The notes: generated from the sequence alone by a model not told the origin. Positions 9,300-20,807 are shown, counted from the first letter of the stretch. The stretch is DNA of 64,000 bases from Nitrospirales bacterium (GCA_963555755.3 OY820905.2:3104001-3168000), one strand, 5' to 3'. Numbers and translations are program-made.

Positions 9300-11774
9300 A
9301 TGAACACGGGCCGGTTATCCACAATTCCCGAGATCCAGACCATTCCCATTCCTCAGGATATTCAAGAGGAGATTGAGACGTTTGAAGATGAAGTCACGCG
9401 TTTGCAATCTGGTGAAACCCCCATGGATCTCTTCAAGCCGTTTCGCCTGCAATACGGCATCTATGGGCAACGTCAGCCTGATGTGCAAATGATTCGCATT
9501 AAAATCCCGTTTGGTGGGATGACCGCCAATCAACTCCGTCGAATCGCGGAATTGACGGACATCTATGCGACAGGCGTGGCTCATGTCACGACGCGCCAAG
9601 ACATTCAACTCCACTACGTTCCGCTAAGCGATGTCAGCACGATCATGCGAAAGTTAGCCGAAGTCGATGTGACCACGAGGGAAGCCTGTGCCAATACCGT
9701 GCGAAACGTGACAGCTTGCCACTTGGCTGGTGTGTGCCAAGGTGAAGTCTTCGATGTGACGCCCTACGCGAAGACCATCGCGTATCACTTGCTACGAAAT
9801 CCGTTAACGCAAACTCTGCCACGGAAATTTAAAATTGCCTTATCAGGGTGCCGACATGATTGTGCCATGACGCCCATCCACGATGTCGGTCTGTTGGCCG
9901 CAAAAGCCGAAGACGGAACTATTGGGTTCAGGATGGTTGTGGGTGGTGGTTTGGGCGCCGCACCTCGGATCGCACATCTGCTTCGTGAATTCGTACCGGT
10001 GGACGACCTCATTCCCTCGATCGAAGCCGTGATTAAAGTCTTCGATAACCTCGGCAACAGGAAAAACCGTAGCAAAGCTCGGATGAAGTTTGTGATTGAA
10101 AAGTTAGGCTTTGAGAAATTTCGTGGTCGCTGGGAAGAAGCGTATGAAACGCTTTTTGGAAAAGCACCAACACACCAACCTATTAAATTGCTCGACCACC
10201 TGGACCCGGCGCCCCTCATCATGCCCACGAAAAACGGAGCAAACGGCAATGGCAGCAACGGCGGAGGCACGACCTCGGAAACACCCTTTGCCATGTGGCG
10301 GCGAACGAATGTGGTGAAACAGCGGCAAGAAGGATTTGCGGCGGCGGTGCTCAGGCTCCCCTCGGGGGATATTACCGCCGATCAAATGCTGACTGTCGCT
10401 GACCTGGCTGAAAAATATTCTAATGGCAACATCCGGACCACCATCGGGCAAAATTTGATCATTCGATGGATTTCGGATGGGCAATTAGAAGCGTTGCACC
10501 AAGAACTGGAGGCTCATGGATTGGGCCAACCCGGTGCCAATAAGACCGAAGATATTGTTGCGTGCCCGGGAACCGACACTTGTAGTTTGGGCATTACATC
10601 TTCCAAAGGCCTGGCCCGTGCTTTGGCCGATATCTTTCCTCCCGGCCAAGTCCCTGAGGATTTAAAAGGCACGACGATTCAAATCAGTGGCTGTCATAAT
10701 TCCTGTGCCCAACATCATATCGCCACCATCGGGCTACATGGGGTAGGGAAACGCATCGGCGAACATATTGCACCCGTGTACGAACTTCACCTGGGTGGAC
10801 AGATCAATGGCACCGCGCAGATCGGACAAATGACCGTGAAACTTCCGGCCAAGAATGTGCCAGCCGCCTTGTCCCATATTATTGAGATCTATCGACGAGA
10901 CCGGCAAGAAGGGGAAAGCCTCTTGGCCTTCATCAAGCGAACCGGAAAACCCAAGTTGAAAGAAGCATTGATTCCGTATTCCATTTTGCCTCCCTATGAG
11001 GAAGACCCATCATACTATATGGATTGGGAAGCGGATCAGGAATTTTCCGTGGAAGACCTCGGGCCGGGCGAATGTGCGGGAGGCGCGGTCGAGATGATCG
11101 ACAATCGCATCTTGGAAGCCGAGCAAGAACTCTACCAAGCTCGACTGTTAGCCGAGAAACATCAGTTCGCCATGGCCATTAATAAAGCGTATCGCGCCGT
11201 GGTTGCAGGCGCCAAAGCCTTGCTGGTGACCGAAGGCATTGATCCCAATACTGATGCCGATACCTTAGCGGAATTTGACCAGTTTGCTGCTGGGAAAAAC
11301 GAGCTCATTCCCGAGGCGTATCGAAATATTTCCGGCAAGGCTGGTGACCTGGGCACCAAGGATAGTTCCGCTGATTTTACCCAAGAGAAATTGGCGTTTG
11401 CGAAAGGATTCGTGGATGTCTGCCGTCAACTGACAGAGCAAATTGGGCAGGACCTGAAATTGGGACTTGGAGAAGTTTCTGAAGAAACCCAACCTGCCAC
11501 CGAATCAGAAGCTGCAGTCCCGAGCGAACCGGCTGAAGACGTGACGGTGTTAGATCTTCGTGGGGTCATGTGCCCACTGAATTATGTCAAAACCAAATTG
11601 AAACTCGAAATGATGGATGATGGCGAACGGCTAGAAGTGTGGCTCGACGCTGGAGATCCAATCAAGAATGTGCCCATGAGCTTGCGAAACGACGGACATA
11701 AAGTGCTGGCGGAAAATCCGCTGGAAGCCGATCAACAACATTTTAAAGTGTTAGTCGAAAAGGTGGAAGCCTAA
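9300..11774 (+). CDS. sir: Sirohaem/[4Fe-4S] sulfite reductase fused to a HEPN-like domain and a C-terminal TusA/SirA sulfur-carrier domain
   Basis: TTRQDIQLH, LPRKFKIA, ACPGTDTC and ISGCHNSCAQHH cluster ligands; HEPN-like AEQELYQAR..AYRAVVAGAKALL; TusA LDLRGVMCPLNYVKTKL. Confidence 0.88.
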   Translation: MNTGRLSTIPEIQTIPIPQDIQEEIETFEDEVTRLQSGETPMDLFKPFRLQYGIYGQRQPDVQMIRIKIPFGGMTANQLRRIAELTDIYATGVAHVTTRQDIQLHYVPLSDVSTIMRKLAEVDVTTREACANTVRNVTACHLAGVCQGEVFDVTPYAKTIAYHLLRNPLTQTLPRKFKIALSGCRHDCAMTPIHDVGLLAAKAEDGTIGFRMVVGGGLGAAPRIAHLLREFVPVDDLIPSIEAVIKVFDNLGNRKNRSKARMKFVIEKLGFEKFRGRWEEAYETLFGKAPTHQPIKLLDHLDPAPLIMPTKNGANGNGSNGGGTTSETPFAMWRRTNVVKQRQEGFAAAVLRLPSGDITADQMLTVADLAEKYSNGNIRTTIGQNLIIRWISDGQLEALHQELEAHGLGQPGANKTEDIVACPGTDTCSLGITSSKGLARALADIFPPGQVPEDLKGTTIQISGCHNSCAQHHIATIGLHGVGKRIGEHIAPVYELHLGGQINGTAQIGQMTVKLPAKNVPAALSHIIEIYRRDRQEGESLLAFIKRTGKPKLKEALIPYSILPPYEEDPSYYMDWEADQEFSVEDLGPGECAGGAVEMIDNRILEAEQELYQARLLAEKHQFAMAINKAYRAVVAGAKALLVTEGIDPNTDADTLAEFDQFAAGKNELIPEAYRNISGKAGDLGTKDSSADFTQEKLAFAKGFVDVCRQLTEQIGQDLKLGLGEVSEETQPATESEAAVPSEPAEDVTVLDLRGVMCPLNYVKTKLKLEMMDDGERLEVWLDAGDPIKNVPMSLRNDGHKVLAENPLEADQQHFKVLVEKVEA

Positions 11775-11919
11775 GGGTTCGCACAAGAATAACTTCCCCT
11801 GTTTGGGTGCTGAGACGCCTGTCTAGCAAGGCGCGAGGACTGCGCACACTCCTTATGGAAAGGACGAGCAACGCCGCCAGACGGGATGGATCGACGCCCA
11901 AACAGGGGAAGGTATTCCC
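11773..11919. repeat. Family-B MITE-like element (right TIR shortened)
   Basis: Near-identical to 43227-43385; arms aataacttcccctgtttggg / cccaaacaggggaaggtatt. Confidence 0.85.
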
Positions 11920-11958
11920 TGAGTCGAAGGATACGGAAGGAGAGTGAGAAAGAGCGTT

Positions 11959-12675
11959 ATGAGTGAATCACTACGGACCCAACCCTCCATTGACGAATTA
12001 CAAAAATTAAGCCAACGACTGGAAGGCCAGTCGCCACAGGACGTACTCGGATATGCGTTAGAGCAATACTTTCCGAGCATCGTGCTAGCTTGTAGCTTTG
12101 GCCCGGAAGATATGGTGCTGTGGGACATGATGTACCAGATCAATCCCAAAGCCTCTCTCTTTTATCTCGACACGGATTTTCTGTTTAAGGAAACACACGA
12201 TGTCCGGGACCGCATGATCGCCAAGTATCTTCTGGCACCGAACCAATTGATCGAAATGAAGCCTGAATTCACTCCGGAACAACAAGCCGAGAAGTTTGGT
12301 GATCGGCTCTGGCTTCAACAACCGGATCAGTGCTGCAAAATGAGAAAAATAGAACCCCTCACGCGCGTGTTAAAAAATTATACGGCGTGGGTAACGGGTA
12401 TTCGCCGCGACCAAGCTCCGACTCGTGCGAATGCGGGCCTTGTGGAATGGGATGGGAAATTTGAACTCGTCAAATTCAATCCACTGGCTACATGGACCAA
12501 CGAGGATGTCTGGGCGTACATCAAAGCGAATGATGTGCCCTACAATGTTCTTCACGATCAAGACTACCCCAGCATTGGGTGCACGCATTGTACCGCGCCT
12601 GTCCGTTCGGGTGAAGATCCGCGGTCCGGTCGCTGGCAGAATTCTGAAAAGACCGAGTGCGGTCTCCACAAATAG
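11959..12675 (+). CDS. cysH: Adenosine-5'-phosphosulfate (APS) reductase, CysH family
   Basis: SFGPED, LDTDFLF, CC..RK, TGIRRDQ, SIGCTHC (the CC..CxxC Fe-S ligands), ECGLH. Confidence 0.92.
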   Translation: MSESLRTQPSIDELQKLSQRLEGQSPQDVLGYALEQYFPSIVLACSFGPEDMVLWDMMYQINPKASLFYLDTDFLFKETHDVRDRMIAKYLLAPNQLIEMKPEFTPEQQAEKFGDRLWLQQPDQCCKMRKIEPLTRVLKNYTAWVTGIRRDQAPTRANAGLVEWDGKFELVKFNPLATWTNEDVWAYIKANDVPYNVLHDQDYPSIGCTHCTAPVRSGEDPRSGRWQNSEKTECGLHK

Positions 12676-12747
12676 CTGACACGTATTCATCACGCGATAT
12701 TTTTTCATCAGCTCAATCAATAGAGATGTGAGAGCTGCGACTACACG

Positions 12748-13830
12748 ATGCAACACCTAATCACAAAAATTGGAAAAGGCCAACGGGGCGTTCGAGACCT
12801 GACGTGGGATGAGTCGAAAGAGGCCATTCAGTTGATGATGGAAGGGAAAGTTACCGGTCATCAAGTGGGTGCATTTCTCATGGCCATGCGGATTAAATTG
12901 GAAGGCGTTCCCGAGCTCGCCGCGTTTACTGCCGCGACTCGATCCTACGTTGCTCCCCTTAGCATACCAGGCGACCCGACCGTGGTGGATGTTCCGGCCT
13001 ATGGAGAAAAGCACAACACGATTCATATCTGCCTCGCCGCCGCCTTTATCGCCGCTGCTGCCGGAGCAAAAATTTGCTTGCATAGCATCGGAAACCCCAC
13101 TGCATCCTCCGACCTTACACGGGTACTCGCCGAGCTAAGAATTCCGAACAATTTACAGGGGGAAGGTTTAACCCTGGTGCTCAAGGATTTCGGATTTGCT
13201 TACCTAGACTTGTCACTTTATCATCCGCCGTTGGTTCGCTTTCTTGAATTACGTGAGGAGCTTGGTGCGCAAAATCTCTTCCATCAAGTTGCGCGCCTGT
13301 TAAATCCCACGCGGGCACAGTCCCAAGTCATCGGGGTGGCCCATCCTCCGTATTTAGAGAAAATTCCCGAAGCGGTCTCCATGCTAGGCGGGGATCGCCT
13401 TGTAGTGTTCCAAGGAGTCGAGGGTTTTCCTGAGCTTTCAATCTCCACCCCGGCCCTTATGCGAGAGCTTCGAGATGATCGAGTCGTGCCCGTGCATTTG
13501 AAACCACAAGATGTTCGGTTGCCGTTGGGATCATTTCAAAATATGGCGATTCCACAACCCTCCTCCTCCATTTCGCTTCCCACGCAGGAAGCATTGATCA
13601 TCGCCAAAGTGTTAAATAATGAAATCACGGACTCCCTTAGGGATTGGACCCTCTACAATGCTGCGTTGCTACTGTATGCCGCAGGGCAAGCACCATCCAT
13701 AGCGGCCAGCGTTCCCCTTGCCCAACAAACCCTTGAGTCGGGTGTCGCCGCGAAAAAGCTTAAGGAACTGTCCACCGTATCATCCTCACCAACCACAACA
13801 ACTCCTGAGAAAAAGGTCGTCCACGCGTGA
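12748..13830 (+). CDS. Anthranilate phosphoribosyltransferase-like protein (TrpD2/YbiB-like)
   Basis: [43 protein letters not shown]; lacks the TrpD GTGGD and KHGN motifs. Confidence 0.75.
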   Translation: MQHLITKIGKGQRGVRDLTWDESKEAIQLMMEGKVTGHQVGAFLMAMRIKLEGVPELAAFTAATRSYVAPLSIPGDPTVVDVPAYGEKHNTIHICLAAAFIAAAAGAKICLHSIGNPTASSDLTRVLAELRIPNNLQGEGLTLVLKDFGFAYLDLSLYHPPLVRFLELREELGAQNLFHQVARLLNPTRAQSQVIGVAHPPYLEKIPEAVSMLGGDRLVVFQGVEGFPELSISTPALMRELRDDRVVPVHLKPQDVRLPLGSFQNMAIPQPSSSISLPTQEALIIAKVLNNEITDSLRDWTLYNAALLLYAAGQAPSIAASVPLAQQTLESGVAAKKLKELSTVSSSPTTTTPEKKVVHA

Positions 13831-14624
13831 GACATATTCGCCAACTCGAAGATCAAAGTGTGTATATTCTTCGGGAAGCCTATAAACACTTCGATAACTT
13901 GGGCATGCTGTGGTCCATGGGCAAAGACTCCACGGTCTTGCTTTGGCTGGCGCGAAAAGCATTTTTTGGGCAAGTGCCCTTTCCTCTCCTGCACGTGGAC
14001 ACCAGTTATAAGATTCCAGCCATGATTGAATACCGCGATCGCCTGGCACGCGAATGGCGACTCAACCTGGTTGTAGGGCAAAACACACAAGCCTTAGCCG
14101 ACGGCATGAATCATGAACGAGGCCGAGTGGAATGTTGCACCGCCCTCAAAACCAATGGACTCAAGATGTTATTGGAAGAGAAGGGATACACGGGGATTAT
14201 CTTGGGTGTCCGCGCTGATGAAGAAAGCACTCGCGCCAAAGAACGGTACTTCTCCCCACGCGATAAAAACAATGATTGGGATTTTCGAGATCAGCCTCCC
14301 GAGCTGTGGGACCAATTTAAAACATCCTTTCCTCCTGGCACACATATTCGAATTCACCCGCTTTTGGATTGGACGGAAATTAATATTTGGGAATACATTA
14401 AACTCGAAAACATTCCCTTCATGGACCTCTATTTAGATAAAGGTGCTGGCGTTCGGTATCGAAGTTTAGGCTGCGCCCCTTGCACCATGCCAATTCAATC
14501 GACGGCCACCACCGTGGATGAAATTATCGAAGAATTGCGCGCCACCAACGTGGCTGAACGATCCGGTCGCGCTCAAGACGAAGGCCGAGGAATGGAGTTA
14601 CTGCGCAAAGATGGCTACATGTAA
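13827..14624 (+). CDS. cysD: Sulfate adenylyltransferase subunit 2
   Basis: [45 protein letters not shown]-terminal GYM. Confidence 0.95.
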   Translation: MRHIRQLEDQSVYILREAYKHFDNLGMLWSMGKDSTVLLWLARKAFFGQVPFPLLHVDTSYKIPAMIEYRDRLAREWRLNLVVGQNTQALADGMNHERGRVECCTALKTNGLKMLLEEKGYTGIILGVRADEESTRAKERYFSPRDKNNDWDFRDQPPELWDQFKTSFPPGTHIRIHPLLDWTEINIWEYIKLENIPFMDLYLDKGAGVRYRSLGCAPCTMPIQSTATTVDEIIEELRATNVAERSGRAQDEGRGMELLRKDGYM

Positions 14625-16482
14625 GACCGAACCTCAAGGCACCCCCCAAGATACAAACGAAATCCGGGATCGCATGGATATTGTGATCGTCGGACATGTG
14701 GACCACGGGAAATCGACTCTCCTTGGACGGTTGTATGCGGACACGGGCACGTTGTCGGAAGGTAAGGTAGAAAAAATTCAAGCCATCTGTAAACAGCAAG
14801 GCAAAGAATTTGAATACGCATTTTTGTTTGACGCGTTTTTAGAAGAACAGCAACAAGGCATTACCATTGACACTGCTCGCACGTTTTTCCAATGGGCTGG
14901 ACGTCAATACATCATCATTGACGCACCGGGACACAAAGAATTCCTGAAAAACATGATATCCGGCGCCGCGCGAGCCGAAGCCGCCTTACTTCTCATTGAC
15001 GCCCTCGAAGGCGTGAGGGAGCAATCCAAACGGCATGGCTTATTGCTGTCGATGTTGGGCGTCAAACAAGTCACGGTCGTGGTGAACAAAATGGACCTCG
15101 TCGGGTACCGGCAGGATACGTTTGATGGCATTGAAAAGGAATATCGAGAATTTCTTGCACAACTCAATGTTACACCTCAGTTTGTGATCCCAGCCAGCGC
15201 CAAACTCGGCGATAATATCGCCAAGCCTAGCCCGAACTTGTCGTGGTATACCGGGCCGACGGTGCTGGATTCCCTGGCCAAGTTTTCCTCGGAATCTGAA
15301 AAGGAAGAACAACCCCTGCGGTTTCCGATCCAAGACGTGTACAAATTCGATGCCCGTCGGATCTTAGCGGGACGCATCACATCCGGACGCGTTAAAGTGG
15401 GCGATCGTTTGATTTGCTCGCCATCGAATAAAACCGCTGTGGTGCAGAGTGTGGAAGCATTCAATATTGAACCGCCACCCACGCAAGCCTGGGCGGGGCA
15501 ATCCGTGGGTGTCACCCTGGATGAGCAAATTTTTGTGGAGCGTGGTGAGGTCCTCAGTCACGAGGATTCCCTTCCCTTGGTCTCAACCTCCTTTCGAGCG
15601 AATCTTTTTTGGCTCGGGCGACGTCCCCTCGAAATGAACAAACCCTATCTTGTTCGGTTAGGCACTCGCGAAGTGGAATGTCACGTGGTGGCGATTCATC
15701 GCATCGTGGATGCCAATGATCTCTCGCTGGATAACCAAGACACCAACACCGCGGTTCAACGAAACGAGGTGGCTGATATCACCCTCCAATCCAAAGCTCC
15801 TCTGGCTTTCGATTTGTACAATCATTTTGAAAGCACGGGACGTTTTGTTTTGGTGGATGACTATGATGTGGCAGGAGGCGGCATCATTACCGAGATGGTA
15901 GAAGATCGGGAAGAAACGTTGCGGGTTGAGGCACGGCAACGTGATTTTGCTTGGGTCCAAGGGGACGTCAGCTTGGCCGATCGTTCCCAACATTATGGCC
16001 ATCGCGCGGCGTTGGTTCTCTTGGTGGGACCGGACACGACCAGTAAAACCTTCTTGGCCAAAAAGCTCGAATCGGTGTTGGTGGCCGAAGGGCGACATGC
16101 CTATATGTTGGATGCGGAAAACCTGCGCCGTGGACTCGACGCGGATTTACCCGAAGAGGAAGCGTTGGAAATTGTTCGCCGATATGGCGAAGTTGCTAGG
16201 CTGCTGGTCGATACGGGATTGTTGGTGATTTCGACCACGAATTCTTTTCAACTTCCAGCCGATCAAGTCACCGAAGCCATTCGCACCTTGGTCCATCCTG
16301 CACATGTCCTCACCGTATACATGAGCAAGAATACCGGTACCCCCTCAATCCAGACTGATCTTTCCTTTGCCGGTCCTGAAGACTTTACGGCCACGGCCCA
16401 CGACATTCTTGAAGCTCTCAAACAAAAGGGCATTCTGGCCGAGGCGATTGGCAATCAACCCGGCTTTCAATTCTCGATTTAA
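14611..16482 (+). CDS. cysN: Sulfate adenylyltransferase subunit 1 with a degenerate C-terminal APS-kinase-like domain (CysNC-like)
   Basis: [31 protein letters not shown]-terminal [14 protein letters not shown]; start at 14611 or 14674. Confidence 0.9.
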   Translation: MATCKTEPQGTPQDTNEIRDRMDIVIVGHVDHGKSTLLGRLYADTGTLSEGKVEKIQAICKQQGKEFEYAFLFDAFLEEQQQGITIDTARTFFQWAGRQYIIIDAPGHKEFLKNMISGAARAEAALLLIDALEGVREQSKRHGLLLSMLGVKQVTVVVNKMDLVGYRQDTFDGIEKEYREFLAQLNVTPQFVIPASAKLGDNIAKPSPNLSWYTGPTVLDSLAKFSSESEKEEQPLRFPIQDVYKFDARRILAGRITSGRVKVGDRLICSPSNKTAVVQSVEAFNIEPPPTQAWAGQSVGVTLDEQIFVERGEVLSHEDSLPLVSTSFRANLFWLGRRPLEMNKPYLVRLGTREVECHVVAIHRIVDANDLSLDNQDTNTAVQRNEVADITLQSKAPLAFDLYNHFESTGRFVLVDDYDVAGGGIITEMVEDREETLRVEARQRDFAWVQGDVSLADRSQHYGHRAALVLLVGPDTTSKTFLAKKLESVLVAEGRHAYMLDAENLRRGLDADLPEEEALEIVRRYGEVARLLVDTGLLVISTTNSFQLPADQVTEAIRTLVHPAHVLTVYMSKNTGTPSIQTDLSFAGPEDFTATAHDILEALKQKGILAEAIGNQPGFQFSI

Positions 16483-16561
16483 CCTCCCAGCTTTTTTTCT
16501 GCCCCCCACCATAAGAGCATCTTGATTCCTAGCGTTATGTTGTAAAAAACCTTGTACAAGA

Positions 16562-16686
16562 TCCGTTCGTCCTGAGTCTGTCGAAGGACAAGACGGTTGA
16601 ATAGGGTTCCTTCATGCCCTTCGATACACTCAGGAGAGCGTTCGACCGTCTGTCCTGAGCGAAGTCGAAGGGCTCAACACGAACGA
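16562..16686. repeat. REP cluster of the CCTGAG..GTCGAAGG / CCTTCGA..CTCAGG type
   Basis: cctgagtctgtcgaagg, ccttcgatacactcagg, cctgagcgaagtcgaagg; related motifs at 5578-5630 and 11918-11930. Confidence 0.75.
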
Positions 16687-16885
16687 AAGGTGAAAGGATT
16701 TGTGTCACACAACACTATGTGCTTGAACCTAGAAATGGCAGTTGGATCACAAAAGTCCGCGCAAGCTCTTGGCGCACCTAGCAAAATAAAAAAATGTCTT
16801 ATCACCACCAAGGTGACTACGACTTTTTTTATTTCACCAGGCACACCAATAGCTTACACGGCTTTTTTGCGCCCAACTGCCGTTT

Positions 16886-17203
16886 CTAGGTTGAGGACAA
16901 CTTCAGGCCAACGATTCCAATCACAATCACAAAGATAAAAAACAAGCGCGCCAAGTCTCTGGGTTCGTTAAACAATATAATGCCCATTATAGCCACACCC
17001 ACGGCCCCAATTCCGGTCCAGACTGCATAAGCCGTTCCAATTGGTATGTCCCGCAAGGCCAACGCCAAACACACCATACTCACGCTTATCGCCGCCACCG
17101 TGCCCACGCTTGGCCACAACCGCGAAAACCCATCCGTATATTTGAGCCCCGTGGCCCACACAATTTCCAAACCACCGGCCACCAATAAATATACCCACGC
17201 CAT
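16886..17203 (-). CDS. sugE: SMR family efflux transporter, SugE/Gdx type
   Basis: [35 protein letters not shown], four transmembrane helices; AAGGAGG RBS. Confidence 0.92.
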   Translation of the reverse strand: MAWVYLLVAGGLEIVWATGLKYTDGFSRLWPSVGTVAAISVSMVCLALALRDIPIGTAYAVWTGIGAVGVAIMGIILFNEPRDLARLFFIFVIVIGIVGLKLSST

Positions 17204-17380
17204 ATCAACCTCCTTTGCCTGTCGGATCCTACCCCAAATGGCTCTTTGTAGCACGGCGGAGATGTTTAAGGAACGTCTGTTCTGCCCCGATCAGAGATTA
17301 CGGGGTAACAGCCCTGGCGCGTGACCGAAAGTTAGGATATAGTAGGGATAGGAAAACGGTGAAGCATAATATCAAACAAT

Positions 17381-17733
17381 GGGGGTGACTGGCTTCGACG
17401 GGGAACAAGAGGTCAACGGTGCGTGTCGAGCTCTCGGAGTCTCGTAAAACCTTCGGGAAACATATAATTGCCAACGAACCATTGGCTCTCGCAGCTTAAT
17501 TGACTGCGACGTCTCTCCATTCTCTGTCTGCGGGCATGGAAGAGGCGCTACTTTAGCAGGCTGGTCCAATGCTGGTGCTCCAGCGGCTGCGGATGAGACC
17601 TTTCTGGGCTAGCGAACGCTCTAAGCCGGTCAGTGGGCGTGGGCGGACGCGAATTTTAAAACATTGACTACACACGTAGGACCATTGTGCTGAATGTCTT
17701 CGGACGCGGGTTCAAATCCCGCCACCTCCACCA
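17381..17733 (+). ncRNA. ssrA: tmRNA (tag reading frame ANEPLALAA at 17470-17499)
   Basis: 5' GGGGGTGACTGGCTTCGACG, 3' T-arm GCGGGTTCAAATCCCGCC-ACCTCCACCA, tag ending in LAA-stop. Confidence 0.96.
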
Positions 17734-17775
17734 ATACATTGTCCTAGGATGTCCAATAAAGGACAATGACCAACG

Positions 17776-17803
17776 AAAAAGCCGCTTATATAGCGGCTTT
17801 TTT
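17776..17803 (+). terminator. Rho-independent terminator (bidirectional) after ssrA
   Basis: aaaaa-gccgct-tatat-agcggc-tttttt. Confidence 0.8.
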
Positions 17804-18065
17804 GTTTTTAATCCTCCGGCAAAGGTTCATCAAATCCATTGACATCTGGGGGCAGCATTGGGTCCTGATCGGTTATGAAAAAAACGAGTCAGGAGAGGCT
17901 ACACGGCGGGGGCAACATTGGAGGAAACAGTGAAACTTTCCAATGAAAACATCTTTTAACATCCGATAGTTAACAGACTTTTTGGTAGTCGCCACCCCAT
18001 AACAAGGCCCTTGGACTCCGACCAGTCCGAGGGCTTTGTGTTGAGGCTTCCCATATATCTTTTAG

Positions 18066-18819
18066 GGCATTGGTAATGTAATAGATATTCAAGTTCGCCG
18101 TTCCACTTTGCCATCAGGAGCAGGACCGAATACCGCAACCTCCTTTCGCTTTTGCTATAACACTTCGTGCTCCCGCGAAAGCGGGCCAGAAAGTGGCGGA
18201 ACACACTATTGTAGCCTTCGACGGTGAAGGTTTCCGATTTCGACTGGATGTGGTACTCCGGGGGCACAAAGTGCTCATACGGTTCCCAGTAGTCTGTCAT
18301 GACTTGGGCAAGCAGCGGACTCTTCATGGCATCCCACAAGTGTTCCCCAGTTACGACCCCTCGGGTGCCAGTGACAACATGGAGGAAGCGTTTCCCAAGT
18401 CGATCAACAGCAATCCAGCTCCAGCAATAGTTTTTTTATGCCCCACATAGCTATGCAGCTCATCGAGTTCGACAATCTGGGCGGAGGGGCGCTTGATCTG
18501 AGCCACCTCTTTCCCCAAGGCGTGGATCCATTGGTAGATCGCCACATGCCTAAACCCTAAAATCCGACCAATCGACCGAAAGCCCGGGCCTTCCAAGTAC
18601 AGAGTCACGGCCAGGCGGCGTTGGGCTGAGGTGGAAGTATCGGACTTGTGGGAAACCGTGTACAGATACTGGCATTCTTTGCACTTATAGCGCTGGCGGC
18701 CGATAAGGATTCCACTTTTGACTCGGGCAGCACTGGAACATCGCGGACAATTCAACATAGGCATCTCCCCCAAAAATAAGGAAAGGAGCGTACCAAATAT
18801 CTATCAAATTAACGATACC
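18066..18819 (-). mobile_element. IS1-family element (InsA zinc finger/HTH and InsB DDE joined by a frameshift at an A7 run)
   Basis: Imperfect TIRs ggcattggtaatgtaatagatatt / aatatctatcaaattaacgatacc; InsA CPRC..RQRYKCKEC starts at 18758; ELDELHSYVGHKK, then frame change to WIAVDR..TDYW..VEGYNS; no TSD seen. Confidence 0.88.
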
Positions 18820-18986
18820 TCATTATTATTGGCTCTTGACACGTTCTTCAACATTCACGTGTCTGGTCAAATATTGCCGGGCAACCCGTTCAGCCCTTGG
18901 ATCGAACACGGTCCAAGGGCTTCTATATTGACCAGACCTGAGCCAAAACCTTCAGAAATTAAAACGATTCACCGATAAAGATAGAT

Positions 18987-19642
18987 TATGCCTTCCCATT
19001 TAACTAAGGTTGCTTCAGTTTATTGAATCCCAAGGGTTTTGAGCTGCTGGTCAGGATTTTCAACAAACTCTGGAAGGTACTCATTGGAGTCTCACGGCGG
19101 TTATAGCGAAAGACAAACTCATCAAGATAGTGTTGCAGGTATTTTGAATCCACTCCATGGTGAATCCCGTTCAGCCAGGTCTGCAGATTGCCGAACGCTC
19201 TATGGATGTGTGGAGCGTGCTTCCCAGCACTTGCTGGGTCACCCTGGGTCCGTCTCAGGTGTTCGTATCCTGCCAAGGCTTTTGCCGAGTATCCCTTCCA
19301 ACCATCGGACTTGATCTTACTGCCCTCAGCGACATGGCTATTGAGGAATGCTTTGATCTCGTTCTCTCCAGCGTCTTGAAGAATCGCTAATCGTAAACGC
19401 CCTGCTTTCTCTCGAAAGTGATCCCCTTGTGTGTACGTGACAATTTCTACGGCTCCGGCTATTAACGTCTTGGTTTTCGCTTTCGCGACGCCACGGCCCG
19501 TTTTGCCTTTTACCGGTCCACCGATATGGGTTTCATCGGCTTCAACTGTTCCTGCGAGCCGTTCACGGTTCTGTCGTACCATTCCTCGTCGCAATCTGTG
19601 GAGCAAATACCAGGCGCTTGATACTGAGTTGACGCTGCAATT
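18987..19642 (-). pseudogene. Partial IS1595 copy (3' two-thirds of the transposase) inside a tandem duplication
   Basis: Identical to 19742-20408 apart from an 11-bp deletion; it has only one TIR. Confidence 0.85.
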
Positions 19643-19741
19643 CAGCCCTTGGATCGAACACGGTCCAAGGGCTTCTATATTGACCAGACCTGAGCCAAAA
19701 CCTTCAGAAATTAAAACGATTCACCTTAGATAAAGATAGAT

Positions 19742-20753
19742 TATGCCTTCCCATTTAACTAAGGTTGCTTCAGTTTATTGAATCCCAAGGGTTTTGAGCT
19801 GCTGGTCAGGATTTTCAACAAACTCTGGAAGGTACTCATTGGAGTCTCACGGCGGTTATAGCGAAAGACAAACTCATCAAGATAGTGTTGCAGGTATTTT
19901 GAATCCACTCCATGGTGAATCCCGTTCAGCCAGGTCTGCAGATTGCCGAACGCTCTATGGATGTGTGGAGCGTGCTTCCCAGCACTTGCTGGGTCACCCT
20001 GGGTCCGTCTCAGGTGTTCGTATCCTGCCAAGGCTTTTGCCGAGTATCCCTTCCAACCATCGGACTTGATCTTACTGCCCTCAGCGACATGGCTATTGAG
20101 GAATGCTTTGATCTCGTTCTCTCCAGCGTCTTGAAGAATCGCTAATCGTAAACGCCCTGCTTTCTCTCGAAAGTGATCCCCTTGTGTGTACGTGACAATT
20201 TCTACGGCTCCGGCTATTAACGTCTTGGTTTTCGCTTTCGCGACGCCACGGCCCGTTTTGCCTTTTACCGGTCCACCGATATGGGTTTCATCGGCTTCAA
20301 CTGTTCCTGCGAGCCGTTCACGGTTCTGTCGTACCATTCCTCGTCGCAATCTGTGGAGCAAATACCAGGCGCTATCCACCTTCTTGATACTGAGTTGACG
20401 CTGCAATTGCACAGCACTGATGCCAGGTGTGTGCGTGGAGACGAAATAGGCAGCCCAAAACCAAAGCCGTAGCGGCAAGTGCGATCTATGCATCACTGTG
20501 CCGCTTAGCGGTGATGTCTGTCTATGACACGACGAACACTCAAACCGGAAATATTTTTTGAGCCACCAACCACCGCGATGACCGCAAGCTGGACACATAA
20601 ACCCGTCTGGCCACCGAATCGCCCGCAAGTACTCGAAGCACGCTTCTTCGGTGTGGAACCTAACAGAAAAATCCAAGATATCAGCAGCATACCCTGTGTC
20701 CATAGTCCAGCAGACTAGTCTAGGGACTAACCTTAGTCAAATGGGAAGGCATA
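19742..20753 (-). mobile_element. IS1595-family element (1012 bp; transposase 19759-20703)
   Basis: TIRs tatgccttcccattt / aaatgggaaggcata; 8-bp TSD agatagat; CPAC..CSSC zinc ribbon, VEADET, SDGWKGY, YLDEFVFRYN. Confidence 0.95.
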
Positions 20754-20807
20754 AGATAGATAATAGAGGGAAAGTTTTGGAGGCCTTTAGATTAGGAGGT
20801 CATCTCC

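Noticed and set aside
16597..16938. 113-aa ORF after cysN
   Set aside because: It is largely a translation of the REP cluster and runs into sugE.
17204..17340. Guanidine riboswitch expected upstream of sugE/gdx
   Set aside because: I could not find the guanidine-I 3' motif, twin ACGR hairpins (class II) or a convincing class III pseudoknot by eye. An Infernal search is needed to exclude it.
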